A stretch of DNA of 50,030 nucleotides, the filler included, from Sphacelaria rigidula (Eukaryota): the NCBI GenBank assembly GCA_964200075.2. It is 3 parts of 3 records of this genome, joined end to end, with 100 filler letters (N's around TTAATTAATTAA, not from the genome) between each part and the next. Parts side by side here need not be neighbours in the genome. Positions count along the whole stretch, not along the records: positions 33,433 to 50,030 come from CAXNAA020001302.1; 2 more parts are not named here. One strand, given 5' to 3'. Numbering within the stretch: position 1 is the first letter of the stretch; every line of letters begins with the position of its first letter. The notes beneath the pieces were generated by a model. The model was not told the origin of the DNA, did no database searches, and worked only from the letters and a program-made list of their open reading frames with translations. A program made the translations under genes and the position numbers. Shown here piece by piece: positions 49,657-50,030 of this stretch.

Positions 49657-50030
49657 CCCCCCAATCACTGTCCAAGGGTTAACCCTTTGACCACAAGGGT
49701 AGGTGACCTACTGAATCGGCATCAACATTCGCCTGAAAAACGTATGCGTGATCTAGATGGACTCTCCAGTAGACCTTACGAAATGCACGTAAATAATCGT
49801 TGGTGCTCGATTTTACTTGATTTCAGACTGAAGAAAGTTCTGAGAACCTTTATGGTCTGTGGCAGGTGAGCAGTGGTGAGCAGTAGACCCAGCTCGTCCA
49901 GAACGTGTTTGGTCCAAAATCGGATGAAAGGCGTCGATTCGAGCTTTTGCAACGCACGCTTTGATGGGGTTCAGCAGTCCCTTTCCCTTGTCGACCATTA
50001 ACTCGAATTTCGTGTACCCACGACATAGTC

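Overview
Repeat-rich eukaryotic genomic DNA, most consistent with a brown alga or other stramenopile (inferred from large introns and the style of the TEs, not proven). It comes in three pieces joined by 100-bp N spacers carrying TTAATTAATTAA. One host gene is clear: a minus-strand, intron-containing FCP1/SCP-type (CTDSPL2-like) HAD phosphatase with three phase-0 exons (DLDETLV motif); its 3' exons are missing, probably lost at the 16.6-kb gap. The rest is a TE landscape: a degenerate Ty1/copia element (33.4-41.4 kb, minus), an intact 4.26-kb LTR element without gag/pol (LARD-like; 347-bp LTRs, TGCCA TSD), a Tc1/mariner transposase pseudogene, RTE-like LINE remnants, a tRNA-derived SINE family and TTAA-flanked piggyBac-type MITEs. 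The best candidate for something undescribed is a six-copy family of variably 5'-truncated insertions. They share a fixed 3' end (a conserved stem with a variable loop, then ...ATGAGTACA), end in oligo(C) rather than poly(A), and sit at C/G tracts with 11-18 bp TSDs that begin with C. This looks like a poly(C) analogue of target-primed reverse transcription. Also notable are an inverted triplication containing a ~1-kb palindrome (9.0-10.4 kb) and a perfect 54-bp palindrome (7.66 kb).
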